A stretch of 64,000 nucleotides of DNA from Malacoraja senta (Eukaryota), in contig CM075990.1 of assembly GCA_038087875.1 (NCBI GenBank), forward strand, positions 17,796,001 through 17,860,000, in the 5' to 3' direction. Shown here piece by piece: positions 62,699 to 64,000 of the stretch. The stretch's first letter is position 1. Every line of letters begins with the position of its first letter. The notes below the pieces were generated by a model. That model was given only the letters and a program-made list of their open reading frames with translations, was not told where the DNA came from and did not search any database. Position numbers and translations under genes: made by a program.

Positions 62699-63385
62699 GC
62701 CCTCTGTGTGAAAATGTTGCCCCTCAGATTCCTATTAAATCTTTCCTCTCTCACCTTAAACATACAGTTTTTGATTTCCCCTTCTCAGGGTAAAAGGCTG
62801 TGCATCCACCCTATATATTTCCCTTATGATCTTATACACTTCTATAAGATCAGCTATCCTCCTACACTCCAAGGAATACAGTCCTAGCCTGTCCAACCAC
62901 CAGCTCAGGCCAAGTCCTGGCAACATCCTCATAAATCTTCTCTGCACTCTTTTCAGCTCAACAACATCTTTCCTATAACAGGGCGACCAAACCTGAAGAC
63001 AATACATAAACTATGTCCTCACCAGCACCTTGTACAGCTGGAACATAACATCCCAACTTCTATCATCAAAACCCCTACTGATGAAGACCATAGTGCCGAA
63101 ATGCTTCTTGACCATTTAATCTATCTGTGACGCGACTCTCAAGGAACTATGCACCCCTAGATCCCTTTACTCTACAACACTCCTCAGAGCCCTGCCATTT
63201 ACTGTGAAGGTCCTGCCTTGGTTAGACTTCCTAAAATGCAACACCTCACATTTATCTGCATTAAACTCCATTAAACCTTAAAGCCCTGCGGTAAACCTTG
63301 ATAACTATCTTTGCTATCTATATTACCACCCACTTTAGAGTCATCTACAAACTTACTAATCATTTCTTGCACATTCTCATCAAAG
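62699..63385 (-). mobile_element. CR1 LINE fragment (its 3' end continues at ~60080-60190 on the other side of the L1)
   Basis: ORF 62756..63007 (QVWSPCYRKD...RVQRRFMRMLPG...LYSLE). Confidence 0.82.
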
Positions 63386-63785
63386 CAAGGTTTCTGCAGA
63401 GCAAAAGTTTCCAGAAGCATCTGTGATAACTGCCCAGTCAGTCAGTTCAGAATGAGGCTGGTCAGACACTGAATGAGACCTCCACTTATTACCACAGAAT
63501 CTTAATGCATTTACAATGTGTCTGATTCAATCTCTCACTTCAAAGTTGGCAGCCCCCATGCTGCACAGAGGTGTCTGCCCAAATCATTGGTTGACAGTGG
63601 CTTACGACGACAGAGCATGGCACGGCAGTTTAACACCAATTAACATGTTTGAACTGGTATTGAAATATTATTTGGTTGACGCTGATTTATTTGATTAGCT
63701 TTCAATCTCAGACATTCTGGAGGGTATAAAATGAATTTAATTAAATGTGAATAACTGGGGAACATGCTTCTTCCTTTTAGCTCAC

Positions 63786-64000
63786 CTTTCTCTTTGGCCC
63801 CCTAGCCAATGACTTTGCTGTGTCTGGCGATGGACAGAGCTGCGTCTCATCGTTCTCATCCTCGTATTCCTCTTCGCTGACTTCATTCGGAGGCTCCATT
63901 ATCAATTCACTGTTGGCCGGTGGACACACAGACTGTGTAAATCCATTTTTACACGTTGCATTATTTACTGAATGCACATCGGCCTGCATTTCAGCACACT
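63786..64000 (-). CDS. KAT6B: KAT6B coding exon (partial; continues beyond the window)
   Basis: Frame is open to the window edge and ends ...EEEYEDENDE...GPKRK. Donor AAG|gtgagc at phase 0 joins [14 protein letters not shown] in frame. Confidence 0.85.

Overview
Vertebrate genomic DNA, most likely from a cartilaginous fish (skate or ray), judging by HE1/V-SINEs, CR1 LINEs and Penelope-derived repeats. It is not prokaryotic: no CRISPR array, rRNA or genuine tRNA gene was seen. The window carries the conserved SAMD8 / DUSP13 / DUSP29(DUPD1) / KAT6B block. SAMD8 is complete on the minus strand (5 coding exons, 414 aa, CpG-island first exon near 28.4 kb). A plus-strand tandem cluster of atypical dual-specificity phosphatases follows: DUSP13A-like (189 aa), a second DUSP13-family paralogue (218 aa), a frameshifted DUSP13B-like remnant and DUSP29 (209 aa). 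The last three coding exons of KAT6B lie on the minus strand. Introns hold two full-length but disabled Tc1 transposons, an L1/Tx1-type LINE nested in a CR1, many CR1, Rex1/Babar and V-SINE copies, and Penelope fragments. The most notable unexplained features are: (1) a 9-unit minisatellite whose unit closely matches the CTCF core motif, abutting the SAMD8 promoter on the DUSP side; (2) an exact 37-bp inverted copy of the DUSP13A exon-2 start captured at a CR1 5' junction 1 kb away; (3) a dead DUSP13B-like exon next to an extra intact paralogue, with identical intron phases across the cluster; (4) hammerhead-ribozyme-like cores in Penelope-derived hairpin repeats. Gene names rest on recalled similarity and synteny, not on database searches. 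Repeat boundaries are approximate unless stated otherwise.
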